Source of the DNA: Octopus sinensis
Lineage: Eukaryota
NCBI RefSeq assembly: GCF_006345805.1
Contig: NC_043002.1
Span: 106,454,001 to 106,518,000 of the forward strand
Length of the DNA stretch: 64,000 nucleotides
Reading direction: 5' to 3'
Each line of letters begins with the position of its first letter. The first letter of the stretch is position 1. This document shows, in pieces, positions 26,636 to 38,866 of this stretch. The notes under the pieces were generated by a model. That model saw nothing but the letters and a program-made list of their open reading frames with translations, searched no databases and was not told where the DNA came from. A program made the translations under genes and the position numbers.

Positions 26636-26686
<51 letters not shown>

Positions 26687-26749
26687 TAGATAGATAGATA
26701 GATAGATAGATAGGTAGGTAGGTAGATAGATATAGATAGATAGATAGAT

Positions 26750-26789
<40 letters not shown>

Positions 26790-26802
26790 GTAGGTAGGTA
26801 GG

Positions 26803-26894
<92 letters not shown>

Positions 26895-27085
26895 CAAGCG
26901 GACGGACGGACGGACGGACGGACGAACGGATTTATTGATGGATGGATGGATGGACAGACAGACGGACGGATGGATGGACGGATAGATAGATGGATGGATG
27001 GACAGACAGACAGACAGACGGATAGATGTATGGATAGACAGACAGACATACGGTTAGATGGATGGATGGATGGATGGATGGATAT
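26556..27085. repeat. 81-bp duplicated segment followed by compound (GATA)/(GGTA)/(GGAC)/(GGAT) array
   Basis: Direct reading. Confidence 0.9.
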
Positions 27086-27244
27086 TATGCCTGGCTCCTC
27101 CTGAGTGACACTACTGGTAACTCGCAGCTGATACACACTTTTAATATGGTTGGGTGATCGATGACTAAATCGGCTTCTTCCAAACAGCTTGCATAGTGAG
27201 AAGAATTGCTAGAAACTTAACGGGAATAAAAAAGTAACATTTTT

Positions 27245-27791
27245 TTTTCTACTCTAGGCACAAGCCCCGAAATTTTGGAGGAGGCCAGCTGATTATATCG
27301 ACCCCAGTACCCAAATATCGCTAAGCATTTTGCTCGGTGTGCTAACGTTTCTTATTTCTTTACTGCCCGCAAGGAGCTACACACAGAGGGGACAAACAAG
27401 GGCAGACAAACGGATTAAGTCGATTATATCGACCCCAATGCGTAACTGGTACTGGGCGGAATTTGAATTCAGAACGTAACGGCAGACGAAATACTGCTAA
27501 GCATTTCGCCCAGCGTGCTAACGTTTCTGCCAGCTTGCCGCCTTCATAAAGAATTATATATATTTATTTACTGCCCACAAGGGGCTAAACACAGAGGGGA
27601 CAAACAAAGACAGACAAAGGGAGTAAGTCGATTACATCGACCCCAATGCGTAACTTGTATTTTATTTATCGACCCCGAAAGGATGAAAGGCAAAGTCGAC
27701 CTCGGCGGAATTTGAACTCAGAACGTAACGGCAGACGAAATACTGCTAAGCATTTCGCCCGGCATGCTAACGTTTCTGTCAGCTCGCCACT
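27245..27791 (-). mobile_element. Three tandem SINE B-family copies, two internally deleted
   Basis: Approximately 27245-27350, 27351-27543 and 27563-27791, all reverse-complement matches to 22108-22338. Confidence 0.8.
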
Positions 27792-28051
27792 TTGAATAAA
27801 AGAATAACTGTCGAAGAGATGGCTTAGCTCTGCACAAGTACAATAACCATTTAGCAACAGCAGATGCGGGAGGGAAAAACAAAAGCAGCGCTCGTCACAG
27901 CGCTCGTCAACCTTCAGGCTTGCTGTTTACTATAGAAATAGAAAGCGAATACCACAGTGGTGTCTGGGCAGATGGTAGCTTTTTAATCTTGGCTGACGAA
28001 ATATTGAGTAGATGGAAAACTCATATAAAAACAAATAACTCAATACTTATA

Positions 28052-28428
28052 TAACAAGAGCACTCAGAGAGCGCAAACCTCCGGCAAGGCAACACCAACG
28101 TCCTCTCAACGATTAGCCAGGGATGATCTTTAAAATGAAAATATCTGAAATAAACTCGAGTGCTCTCACAAACGAGAATACTAAAAATGAACCCGACCGC
28201 TCACAAAAATTAAGTAAAAAAAAAACAAACAGGAAAAATAATCCTGAACCCTTGTCCGGTACCGGAACAATCCCAAAATCTAATCCGTTCGTGTCAATCA
28301 CGAGGACAAACATTCCTGAAATTTTAATCCGAATCCATCCAGTGGTTCTTGAGATATTCTGTCCACGGACAAACAAACAAACACAACTGAAAACAATACC
28401 GCTGCCTTGGCTAAGGCGGAGGTAATAA
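28052..28428 (-). mobile_element. Complete HINE/DINE-like non-autonomous Helentron
   Basis: Minus: 5' ATTACCTCCGCC, 3' CTTGCCGGAGGT, then hairpin GCGCTCTCTGAGTGC. Confidence 0.75.
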
Positions 28429-28514
28429 ATCTCCTCGGCATTATCGTCTCCAGTCCTCGAATTCATAATGTCAATTTCCTGGTTTCCAAAGCACAAAAGT
28501 GGCTGAGATCACAG

Positions 28515-28688
28515 TATTCCCCACTGAAAGAATCACCTGTCAGTCCCCGGGTTACAAATTATCATAAGAATCGATTGGAGCAACATGAAATAAAGTCCCT
28601 TGTTCAAGGACACAACACACAGCCCGACCTGGGAACTGAAACTGCGATCTTACGAAAGTGAGTGTAGCACCTTAACCACTCGGCCACA
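28515..28688 (-). mobile_element. SINE family C-like head fragment
   Basis: Minus TGGCCGAGTGGTTAAG...GTGTCCTTGAACAAG...CATGTTGCTCCA. Confidence 0.7.
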
Positions 28689-28696
28689 CACACACA

Positions 28697-28740
<44 letters not shown>

Positions 28741-29065
28741 ACACACACATACAAACACACTCACACACACACACACACATATATAAACATACTCATATAG
28801 CATGTTACTCTTAATTGTCACTGGATACTTAGTTATGAAGAGACAGGCAGCGACATCTGCGCTGTTTAAGTGCTTTCTCACTCTAATCCCTCGACGCACA
28901 GCTGTCTCCCGTAAGACGCTTATCACCAGACAATATGCGCCAATCATAATTATCTATGCAAGTATATGCATATATGCATTTAGGTATTATGCATTATGCA
29001 TGCGTGCATATATGTATGCATGTTTATATACATACACACACACCATACACACACACACGTATGTG

Positions 29066-29110
<45 letters not shown>

Positions 29111-29179
29111 GTGCCTGCATTATGGTGTGCATTTGTATGTGTTTCTATATGTGAACTTCATTGATATTAACATATGAGT

Positions 29180-29228
<49 letters not shown>

Positions 29229-29639
29229 TGTGTGTGTGTGCGTGTTGTAGTCTCCTTCCTCGATGAAAATCATTAAAATTAAAACAATTTCACCATATAA
29301 AATGATTCTCCATCTGTAGACCAGACAGATGGAAATGCCGCTGTGTAGAATTATTAGAAATTATTTATTAATAATGAAGTGTTTAAAGCTTAAAGCAAAA
29401 GTTTGCGAAATTCCAGAGCAGAGAATTGATTTAGAAATGTTTTAAAGTCAATGGCCCCCTTAGCTTTTCCTTAAAATCATAACTGTACCGGGAAAAGTCT
29501 TGTGTTTGATGGGGGGAGGGGAGAGGAATGTTTGGAAGTGAATTGGGAGACTGGGAGGAGAGGGTGTGGATGAGTGAGTATATGTTTTATAACCAAAAGC
29601 ACGAGTATTAAAGCAAGAACAAAAAAAAACAATATTTTT

Positions 29640-31580
29640 TTATCATACCTAATGCACCTACTATGATAGGGATTGTTTCTGTTTTCAGATTCCACATTCG
29701 CGTTACCTCTATTTCCAGGTCTTTGTATTTTGAAAGTTTTTTCTATTTCTTTTAGAGAAACGTTGTCATCTGCTGGTATTGATGCATCAATTAGAAAGCA
29801 TTTTTTTTCTTCATGATCTCTGACAACTATATCTGGCCTATTGGCCTTAATTTCTCTATCTGTGTGTAATGGCATATCCCATTGCATGGTTGCTTTCTCA
29901 TTTTCTGTGACTTTTTCTGGGGTATACCTATACTATCTTTTTTCTGTTGTTATTCCATAGTGTTGACACAGCTTCCAGTGTATATAGGTCCCAACTCTGT
30001 CGTGTCTGTGAATATATTCCTTCTTAGCCAGGACTGGGCAGCCAGAGAAAATATGATTTATTGTTTCTTGTCCATCTCCACATATTCTGCAGTTACATGT
30101 TACGTTTCTTTTTCATTACATGTTTTTGGTAATTTCTGGTGGGGAGGCTTTGGTCTTGTGCTGCAATTAAAAATCCTTCAGTCTCTGCATTGAGTCCTGA
30201 GCTTCTCAACCATTGCTGGGATTTTTCTTTGTCTATTTCTTTTGCATTTAGTTTAGCCCAGTATTTGCCATGAAGGGGCTTTTCCGGCCATCGTTTTATC
30301 ATGATCTGTTGTTGTTCTAGTTTTAGTTTGGATTTCAGTTGTTTTACAGCTTTTGTTGTTTCTTCTTTTTCTTCATAGTTGTTAGGTATTATGACTTCTT
30401 GTTGGTATTTGTCAGCTTCCTTAAAGACTTAAAACAGTTTTCTTTTTTTGTTTCGTTCGTGTTTTGTGGCTATTTGTATTACATTTCCTTGCTTCTGTAG
30501 TAGGTATTTTTGTAGTCATATGGTGATTATTTTGTAGTAGTTTTATAGCTGTATAAGTCCTCTACCACCTTCGATATGTTGTATATATAACCTTTCTATG
30601 TCAGATTTTGAGTAGTGCATCCTAAATCCTGTCATTAATTTTCTTGTTTCCCTATTTATTTTGGTTAGTTCATTTAGAATCCAATTAATAATATTGTAGC
30701 TGTAACTTATAATTGGAACGGCTAGTGTGTTGATACCTATTATCTTGTTTTTCGCATTGAGCTCTGTTTTCAATATTAATCTAGCTCGCCTATATTGTTC
30801 TTTTTTTTATTTTCTCTTTCATTTGTGTGTGCTGCATCGTTCCTAGTTCCTTTATTCCTAACTATTTGTATGTCTTGCTTTGATCTAATTCTCTTATTTC
30901 ATTTGCTTTATCTAGTGTGATGTTGTTACTCTTAACTAGTTTTCCTCTTTTCAATGTTGCTTTGGCACATTTTTCTAAGCCAAATTTCATGTTTATTTCT
31001 TTAGTAAATCCATGTAATAGCTATAGTAACGTTTCCAGCTGTTTATCATGTGTAGTATACAGTTTTAGCTCATCCAAATATAAGAAGTGGCTGATTGTTT
31101 CGTCGTAACAGTTGTATCCACATCCAGTTCTGTTTAGCATGTCAGATAAAGATGTCTGTACCAAGCAGAAAAGGAATGGAGAGAGCCTGTCTCCCTGGAA
31201 TATTCCACTTCTAATGGGGATTGCTTTGGTCTTTATGAGTCCCTCTTTTATCTGGAGCTGCAGCACTATCTGCCATTTATTCATGGAATGTGTTATATAT
31301 TTCATGATTATTGGTGCTACCTTGTTCGTGTCTAGGCCCTTCTTCTTTCTGTGGCTGTTTTCAGTTATGGCCTTATTGATCATTAGTTGATCTTTACAGC
31401 TATATGACCTCTTCCAGTATCCCTTCAGCTCTTCTGGAAACAGGTTGTTTTCTTCCAGATGCTTGCTCATTCTCAGCGATATTATTGCAGTAAAGGCTTT
31501 GTAAATTGTAGGGAGACAGGTTATTGGTCTGTAATTTTGTGGGTGTGCCGTTTCAGTGGATCTGGTAATTGGGATGGTTT
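29640..31580 (-). mobile_element. Degenerate R4/Dong-type LINE (copy B)
   Basis: Frameshifted RT, thumb and RLE segments (ORFs 31021-31470, 30543-30773, 30093-30302, 29477-29887) clearly homologous to copy A. Confidence 0.9.
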
Positions 31581-31597
31581 TTTATTATTATTATTAC

Positions 31598-31627
<30 letters not shown>

Positions 31628-31628
<1 letters not shown>

Positions 31629-34165
31629 TAGTTTTATTTTTATAGCGTGCTTTCACTTCACTACCGAGCGCAGCTCTGTGTGCCTTGGGTATGTGCTGTG
31701 ATTTGTTGTGATGCTCTGATGGTTATTGTATGGAAAGTGTTCTGCGTAGGATGTGTGCAGTGCCTAGTAGTGCAATTTTCTGTATGTTATATGTGTTTGT
31801 AAGTCCTGGTGTTTTTGTTATGTATTTGTCTGAATATTTTTTTATCATGCCTAATGCACCTACTATGATAGGGATTGTTTCTGTTTTCAGATTCCACATT
31901 CTAGTTACCTCTATTTCCAGGTCTTTGTATTTTGAGAGTTTCGCCATTTCTTTTAGAGACACGTTGTCATCTGCCGGTATTGATACATCAGTTAGAAAGC
32001 ATTTTTTTTCTTCATGATCTCTGCCAACTATATCTGGTCTGTTAGCCTTAATTTCTCTATCTGTGTGTATCGGCATATCCCAGAGTATGGTTGCTTTCTC
32101 GTTTTCTGTGACCTTTTCTGGTGTGTGCCTATACCATCTTTTTTCTGTTGTTATTCCATAATGTTGGCATAGCTTCCAATGTATGTAGGTTCCAACTCTG
32201 TCATGTCTGTGAATATATTCCTTCTTAGCCAGGACTGGGCAGCTAGAGATAATATGATTTATTGTTTCTTGTCCATCTCCACATATTCTGCAGTTACTTG
32301 TAATATTTCTTTTCATTACATGTTTTTGGTAATTTCTGGTGGGGAGGCTTTGGTCTTGTGCTGCAATTGAAAATCCCTCTGTTTCTGCTTTGAGTCCTGA
32401 GCTTCTCAACCATTGCTGGGATTTTTCTTTGTCTATTTCTTTTGCGTTTAGTTTAGTCCAGTATTTACCATGAAGGGGCTTTTCTTGCCATCGTTTTATC
32501 ATGGTTCGTTGCTGTTCTATTTTTAGTTTGGATTTCATTTGTTTTATAGCTTTTGTTGTTTCTTCATCTTCTTCTTCTTCTTCTTCTTCTTCTTCATGTT
32601 TATTATGTGGTATGATTTCTTGTTTGTATTTGTCAGCTTCCTTAAATACTGAGAACAGTTTTTTGTTTTGCTCGTGTTTTGCCGCTATCTGGATCAGTTT
32701 TCCTTCCTTCTGAAGTAGATATTTCTGCAGTCCTATGGTGGTTATTTTATAGTAGTTTTCCAGCTGTATAAGGCCTCTACCACCTTCTATACGTTGTATA
32801 TATAGTCTTTCTATGTCAGATTTTGGGTGATGCATCCTAGAGCCTGTCATTATTTTTCTTGTTTTCCTATCTATTTTGGTCAGTTCATTTCGTGTCCAGT
32901 TAAGGATATTGTAGCTGTAACTTATAACTGGGACAGCTAAAGTGTTGATACCTATTATCTTGTTTTTAACATTGAGCTCTGTTTTTAGTATTGATCTAAC
33001 TCGTCTATAATATTCTTTTTTTATTTTCTCTTTCATTTGTGTGTGTTGTGTCTTATCTAGTTCATGGATTCCTAAGTATTTGTAAGTTTGGCTTTGGTCT
33101 AATTCTTTTATTTCATTGGTTTTATCTAGTGTGATGTTGTTACTCTTAACTAGTTTTCCTCTTTTCATGGTTACTTTGGCGCATTTTTCTAATCCAAATT
33201 TCATATCTATTTCTTTGGTAAATCCATGAACTATCTTTAATAGTGTTTCCAGCTGTTTGTCATTTGCAGCGTATAGTTTTAGGTCATCCATATATAAAAG
33301 GTGGCTGATCGTTTTGCCGTAACATTTATATTCGCATCCAGTTCTATTTAGTATATCAGATAGAGGTGACAGTGCCAAGCAGAAAAGGAGTGGAGAGAGC
33401 GTGTCTCCCTGGAATATTCCTCTTCTAATGGGGATGTCTTTGGTTTTCATGAGTCCCTCTTTTGTTTGGAGGTGTAGGACTGTTTGCCATTTATTCATAG
33501 AGTGCTCTATGAATTTTATGATTGTTGGTGCTACTTTGTTAATGGCTAGTGTTTCGAGGATCCATGTGTGGGGGATGCTATCAAACGCCTTTTTGTAGTC
33601 AATCCAGGCCATACTGAGGCCTTTCTTCTTTCTGTGGCTGTCTTCAGTTATGGCTTTATTAATCATTAGTTGATCTTTACAGCCATATGAGCCTTTGCGG
33701 CATCCTTTCTGCTCTTCTGGGAATAGTTTGTTTTCGTCCAGGTGCTTGTTCAGCCTTTGCGATATCACTGCAGTAAATGCCTTGAACATAGTAGGGAGGC
33801 AGGTTATTGGTCTGTAGTTTTCTGGTTTTGCTGTTTCATTTGATTTGGGAATTAAGATGGTTTTCTCCTTCGTGAGCCATTCAAGCATTGTCTCTGGCTC
33901 TGCTAGTATGTTGTTAAAGTTTTCAGCCAGCTTTTTATGCATTCCTGTAAGATATTTCAACCAGAAGTTGGGGATCTTGTCATGCCCAGGTGCCTTCCAG
34001 TTGCTTAGTCTTTGCAGTGCCTGGGTGACCTCTTCAGTTGTTATGGGGGTCCAAAGTTGTTCAGATGCCGAGTTTGTTATTTTCATACTCCTTTTTTTTG
34101 GTTGTTCGTTCGCCGACCATATTTCTCTCCAGAATTCTTCTAATTCTTCTGCCGTGACTTCTATT
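31628..34165 (-). mobile_element. 5'-truncated R4/Dong-type LINE (copy A) flanked by (AAT)n on both sides
   Basis: 3' UTR runs into (AAT)n at ~31585-31627; 5' end abuts (AAT)n at ~34170. Confidence 0.95.
31723..34086 (-). CDS. Retrotransposon ORF: reverse transcriptase, CCHC knuckle, restriction-like endonuclease (787 aa; frame stays open upstream to ~34173)
   Basis: KAPGHD, NYRPITCL, WIDYKKAFDS, GIFQGDTLSP, YMDD, CRICGDGQETINHIISSC, RHD, RPDIV...DVSIP...K. Confidence 0.92.
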   Translation of the reverse strand: MKITNSASEQLWTPITTEEVTQALQRLSNWKAPGHDKIPNFWLKYLTGMHKKLAENFNNILAEPETMLEWLTKEKTILIPKSNETAKPENYRPITCLPTMFKAFTAVISQRLNKHLDENKLFPEEQKGCRKGSYGCKDQLMINKAITEDSHRKKKGLSMAWIDYKKAFDSIPHTWILETLAINKVAPTIIKFIEHSMNKWQTVLHLQTKEGLMKTKDIPIRRGIFQGDTLSPLLFCLALSPLSDILNRTGCEYKCYGKTISHLLYMDDLKLYAANDKQLETLLKIVHGFTKEIDMKFGLEKCAKVTMKRGKLVKSNNITLDKTNEIKELDQSQTYKYLGIHELDKTQHTQMKEKIKKEYYRRVRSILKTELNVKNKIIGINTLAVPVISYSYNILNWTRNELTKIDRKTRKIMTGSRMHHPKSDIERLYIQRIEGGRGLIQLENYYKITTIGLQKYLLQKEGKLIQIAAKHEQNKKLFSVFKEADKYKQEIIPHNKHEEEEEEEEEDEETTKAIKQMKSKLKIEQQRTMIKRWQEKPLHGKYWTKLNAKEIDKEKSQQWLRSSGLKAETEGFSIAAQDQSLPTRNYQKHVMKRNITSNCRICGDGQETINHIISSCPVLAKKEYIHRHDRVGTYIHWKLCQHYGITTEKRWYRHTPEKVTENEKATILWDMPIHTDREIKANRPDIVGRDHEEKKCFLTDVSIPADDNVSLKEMAKLSKYKDLEIEVTRMWNLKTETIPIIVGALGMIKKYSDKYITKTPGLTNTYNIQKIALLGTAHILRRTLSIQ

Positions 34166-34169
34166 TTAT

Positions 34170-34176
34170 ATATTTA

Positions 34177-34221
<45 letters not shown>

Positions 34222-34370
34222 CATTATTATTATTATCATTATTATCATTATTATTATTATCATTATTATCATTATTATTATATTATTATTATATTATTAT
34301 TATTATTATTATTATTTTATCATTATTATTATTATCATTATTATCATTATTATTATCATTATTATCATTA

Positions 34371-34418
<48 letters not shown>

Positions 34419-34469
34419 TTATCATTATTATTATTATCATTATTATCATTATTATTATTATCATTATTA

Positions 34470-34509
<40 letters not shown>

Positions 34510-34567
34510 CATTATTATTTTATCATTATTATTATTATCATTATTATCATTATTATTATCATTATTA

Positions 34568-34599
<32 letters not shown>

Positions 34600-34627
34600 T
34601 TTATCATTATTATTATTATCATTATTA

Positions 34628-34668
<41 letters not shown>

Positions 34669-34669
34669 T
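34170..34669. repeat. ~500-bp (ATT)n/(ATC)n array
   Basis: Direct reading. Confidence 0.95.
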
Positions 34670-35980
34670 TGAAAACTTCGCACAGTATCCAATATTGTGA
34701 TGTTGTAGATTGAAGATATTGTGTCTACTGGGGTTTTGTACCGTCTGTCAAGTCACAACATGGCCATCAGGTGGACAGTACTTTACGCAATGTGCATGCA
34801 GTTCCAAGTAATGCCAATTTTTGCAATAAACCTAGATCGTAGGATTTTTCTAAAGTATCCAGATGTTTTTTGCTTTTTTTTTTCAGATTGGGTGGTATTG
34901 AACTCAATACTCCGATGACAACCTTTATGCTTGACTCTCGCAGCGGCCACATCTTGGTGATTTCAATTCTCAGGTCTCCATATTTATCAACCTCTTTCTT
35001 TCACGATATGTTAATCTCCTGGCACTGCCACATCCCTTATTAGGCACTCTTGATTATCACTCCTAAAGGTTACTATATCCGGCCTTCGGTGCTCTAACAC
35101 CTTGTCGGTCTGGAAGTCAAAGACCCAGAGGATTTTTGCCTTCCCCTTTTCGTCCATTATCTTTTCCGGTGTATGTTGGTACCAAGCACTCGTTACCTCG
35201 TATCCATACTTCCGGCATAGTAACCAGTGAAGGTTTGGGGCTACCTTGTCGTGTCTTCGCTTGTGCTCTTTCTGCACAAGACTTTCGCAAACACTAACAA
35301 TATGAGTCACACTTTCGACCTTCTCCCCACACATTCTGCAGAGGTTCGTTGCACTTGTGAGGTATATATTCCTTTTCAGAGTTGGTATTCAATGCCTGGT
35401 CCTAAGCAGCAATGATGAGGCTTTCAGTCCTCTTCTTAAGCTCACCTTTGCTGAGCCACCACCATTATGCTTCCTGGTCTTTTAAACCGTCACTTTCACG
35501 GTGGAACTGACCATATAATTCCATACGGGGAAGAATTTATTGTCTTTCGTTGGCTATTCGTGATCGGAATTAATTATCACTCTCAACTCTATTGTTGGTA
35601 AATCCGTCTGCATTAGTAGCACACTGTAACAGGTCTTGTTCTTGCTTTCCTAAATACTCTGTCATGTTTCTTCTTTCACTGTCAATGCACTCCTGTACGC
35701 TAATGAGGCCACGTCCACTTTTCCATCTCTTCACATAGAGCCTGTATACGTTCACCTTAGGGTGGCGCGCACCGTTCATTGTCATTGTTTTGGGGGGTAG
35801 TGCGATGGAATTGGTCAATCTCCCACCGTATCCATTTCAGCCCACATGTTGATGGCAGTCAACAGGTTCCTTGCGTTAAGTTTTGGCTCTAAGAGAAGTT
35901 TGAGACGCTTCAAATATGCAGTGGTGACCTTGTCTTTCATTTCTCTGTACAGGATATTGTCCAGCTCCAGGCTTCGAAAT
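34670..35980 (-). mobile_element. Degenerate R4/Dong-type LINE, different subfamily (copy C)
   Basis: KLNARNLLTAIN, HPKVNVYRLYV, GRGLISV, CGEKVESVTHIVSVC, RRHDKV, RPDIV, LLGTACTLRKVLS; 3' UTR ends in (AAT)n. Confidence 0.88.
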
Positions 35981-36180
35981 ACAGGCACAGCAGAAACAGG
36001 AAGAAAGAGTGAGACAAAGTTGGGGTGAAAGAGTACAGCAGGGTTAGCCACCACTCTCTGCCGGGGTCTCGTGGAGCTTTAGGTGCTTTCGCTCAATAAA
36101 CACTCACAACACCCGGTCTGCTAATCGAAGCCGCGATCCCACGACCACGACTACGCTGCCCTAACCACTGGGCCACACAG
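35975..36180 (-). mobile_element. SINE family D, 5' part
   Basis: Homologous to 42404-42695. Confidence 0.8.
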
Positions 36181-36199
36181 CCTGCAGTAACATGCTAAT

Positions 36200-36490
36200 G
36201 TTCTTTTGAACAAATGCTGTCCTGATGATCGTACAAAGGAGACAAACTTTTTACAATAGCTCCCTTTTCTTTTACAGTCCTCTTGATGTTTTCTGATACT
36301 GTCCCTTCGGCTCCAACAATAATTGACACTATCTTAACCTCCTTCATTTTCTACAGTCGTGCTGTCTCATATTTAAGAGTATGGTATACGTCTATTTTTT
36401 CGCCCTCTCTTGTCATTCGTGGATCAAAGGGGCACATGACCTCAACTATCGAACGCATGGAGTTCACTTCGTCCACCACCACCACTAGGC
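36200..36490 (-). mobile_element. RLE-domain remnant of a fourth R4-type LINE (copy D)
   Basis: Minus translation IVEVMCPFDPRMTREGEKIDVYHTLKYETARL*KMKEVKIVSIIVGAEGTVS. Confidence 0.65.
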
Positions 36491-36721
36491 CAGGCATGTT
36501 GCCTTTCTTCTATGGGCACAAAGCCAGAAATATTGTGGGAGGGGCCTCGACGGTTACATCGACCCCAGTGCTGAACTGGTTCTTATTTCATCGAACCCGA
36601 AAAGATGAACGGCGATGTCGACCGCATCGCAATTCAACTTAACCTTAATGACGGTCATTTGCATAAATACAACTGGACTCCATGTCCAGACTGTGAGGGA
36701 TTCCTTGTTCAACGCCCACGC

Positions 36722-36722
36722 T

Positions 36723-36796
<74 letters not shown>

Positions 36797-36857
36797 GGTG
36801 GTGGTGGTACTAGATGTAGTAGTAGTATAGTAGCAGCAGCAGTAGCGGTACTAGAAT

Positions 36858-36889
<32 letters not shown>

Positions 36890-37025
36890 ATAGTAGTAGT
36901 AGTGGTAGTAGTAGTAGCAGCAGCAGTAGCGGTACTAGTAGTAGTAGTAGTAGCAGCAGCAGTAGTAGTAATAGTAGTAGTAGTAGTAGTAGTAGTAGTA
37001 GCAGCAGCAACAACAGTAGCGGTAC

Positions 37026-37064
<39 letters not shown>

Positions 37065-37160
37065 CAGCAGCAGCAGCAGCAGCAGCTGCGGCAGTAGTAG
37101 TGGTAGTAGTAGAAGTAGTAGTAGCAGCAGCAGCAGCAGCGGTACTAGTAGTAGTAGTAG
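36722..37160. repeat. (TAG)n/(CAG)n/(GGT)n array
   Basis: Direct reading. Confidence 0.95.
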
Positions 37161-37424
37161 CATCGAATGGTCGAAAACAGCAACACCTTACATAAGAAAA
37201 GAAGTGCTGTAAATATGCCAAGGGGTGTGTAGTGTTATTAATGCCTTTCCCGAAATATTTTCTGTCAAATGCATCTGAGAGAAAATTTGTGATTTGAAGT
37301 CTTCGAAAATATTTTAGCGTCAAGGGAGATCATTATATATTATATATAACCTTTATGAAGAGTTATTTCCCCTTAATAAATCTAAGGGAGATAATTCCTG
37401 ATAATGTTTGAAATTTTATGTAAT

Positions 37425-37825
37425 ATTTGCAGTATCGCCCGGCGTTGTTCGGGTTTGTTTTCTTTTCGACCCTTTAGAATTGGAATTTTTTTAAAGTAAA
37501 AATTTTGCATTATGTAGCTTGTTATTCTCTTTAAGTGAGCATTTTTCTGGTTGAAATACACCGAAAAATAGTGACACAGCAGTAAAAAAATCCTAAAAAA
37601 TAGGGATTTTCATAGAAAAAAAAAGCACCTTTTTGATGTAAATAATTTTTGGTGTTAACATGGTCCGATTTGAATTTTTTCTTCTATGTAAGGAAGAGCA
37701 AGCCTTCTTCTATCATACCCTGAATTTTGGTCAACTTGCGCCGCAGGGTCTCGGAGGAGATAGTGTTGGTTGAAGGCTACCAAACCTGCCATACACAGGC
37801 AACTTCAGCTTTATATATAGAGAGA
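37425..37825 (+). mobile_element. Non-autonomous Helitron-like element
   Basis: GCAGTATCGCCCGGCGTTG start; GGAGGAGATAG...ACAGGCAACTTCAGCTTTATATATAGAG end, similar in layout to 6840-7095. Confidence 0.55.
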
Positions 37826-38443
37826 TGACGTTTCTTTTCCGTGAAAATTGAAACTAGTAGTAGTAGTAGTAGTAGTAGTTGCTGCTGCTGTTGTTGTTGT
37901 TGTTTGTGGACGTCATGAGCTCGGTCCAGTTCGTTATTTCTGATTAGCCCTGGTACAGACCTCCAATGGAGCACATATATGACCATCCCATCTCTACTTT
38001 CAGGCATAGTATATCTAGGACTACATTGCTGGAAGGTGTGGTTTCATGTGTGATTTGTGTAGCATTAATCAAAGCGAATAGATGGTGGCTCCATCTATAG
38101 TGAGTCGTAATGAGAATGGAGTGCAATGTTTTGGGCTGGTGCCTTCGTGGGTGTGTGTGTGATCATATTCACAGGCACGCGCGCGCACGCAAACAAACAC
38201 TAATGAGTCGGCCGTGGGGGGTCAGGAATCTCGTTAAGCAACCATGGACTTTCAAGCAGAATCCGGCTTCAGTAAATGTCTTCAGGCCTTCTTCTGAAAC
38301 CTCGTGTTGGTTTTGTGTAGCCATAGGAATTAAAATTGGTACACGCGAACGGCATGCGCATGCGTGCCTGTATGTGTGTATGTGTGTTTGCATATTAGTA
38401 TACATATACACACACGTGCATATATAAGTATATACATACATAC

Positions 38444-38646
38444 ATAGGCGCAGGAGTGGCTGTGTGGTAAGTAGCTTGCTAACCAACCACATGGTTCCGG
38501 GTTCAGTTCCACTGCGTGGCATCTTGGGCAAGTGTCTTCTGCTATAGCCCCGGGCCGACCAATGCCTTGTGAGTGGATTTGGTAGACGGAAACTGAAAGA
38601 AGCCTGTCGTATATATGCATATATATATATATGTATGTATGTGCGT

Positions 38647-38687
<41 letters not shown>

Positions 38688-38866
38688 TCCCCCTAGCATT
38701 GCTTGACAACCGATGCTGGTGTGTTTACGTCCCCGTAAAAAGAGACCGATAGAATAAGTACTGGGCTTACAAAAACATAAGTCCCGGGGTCGATTTGCTC
38801 GACTAAAGGCGGTGCTCCAGCATGGCCGCAGTCAAATGACTGAAACAAGTAAAAGAGTAAAGAGTA
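38444..38866 (+). mobile_element. SINE family A, full length with short internal deletion
   Basis: Reverse complement of 1644-2063. Confidence 0.9.

Noticed and set aside
33845-34692. Poly-I and poly-N ORFs
   Set aside because: The (ATT)n array plus antisense LINE sequence
36605-37323. Poly-V/T/A ORFs
   Set aside because: (TAG)n/(CAG)n repeats
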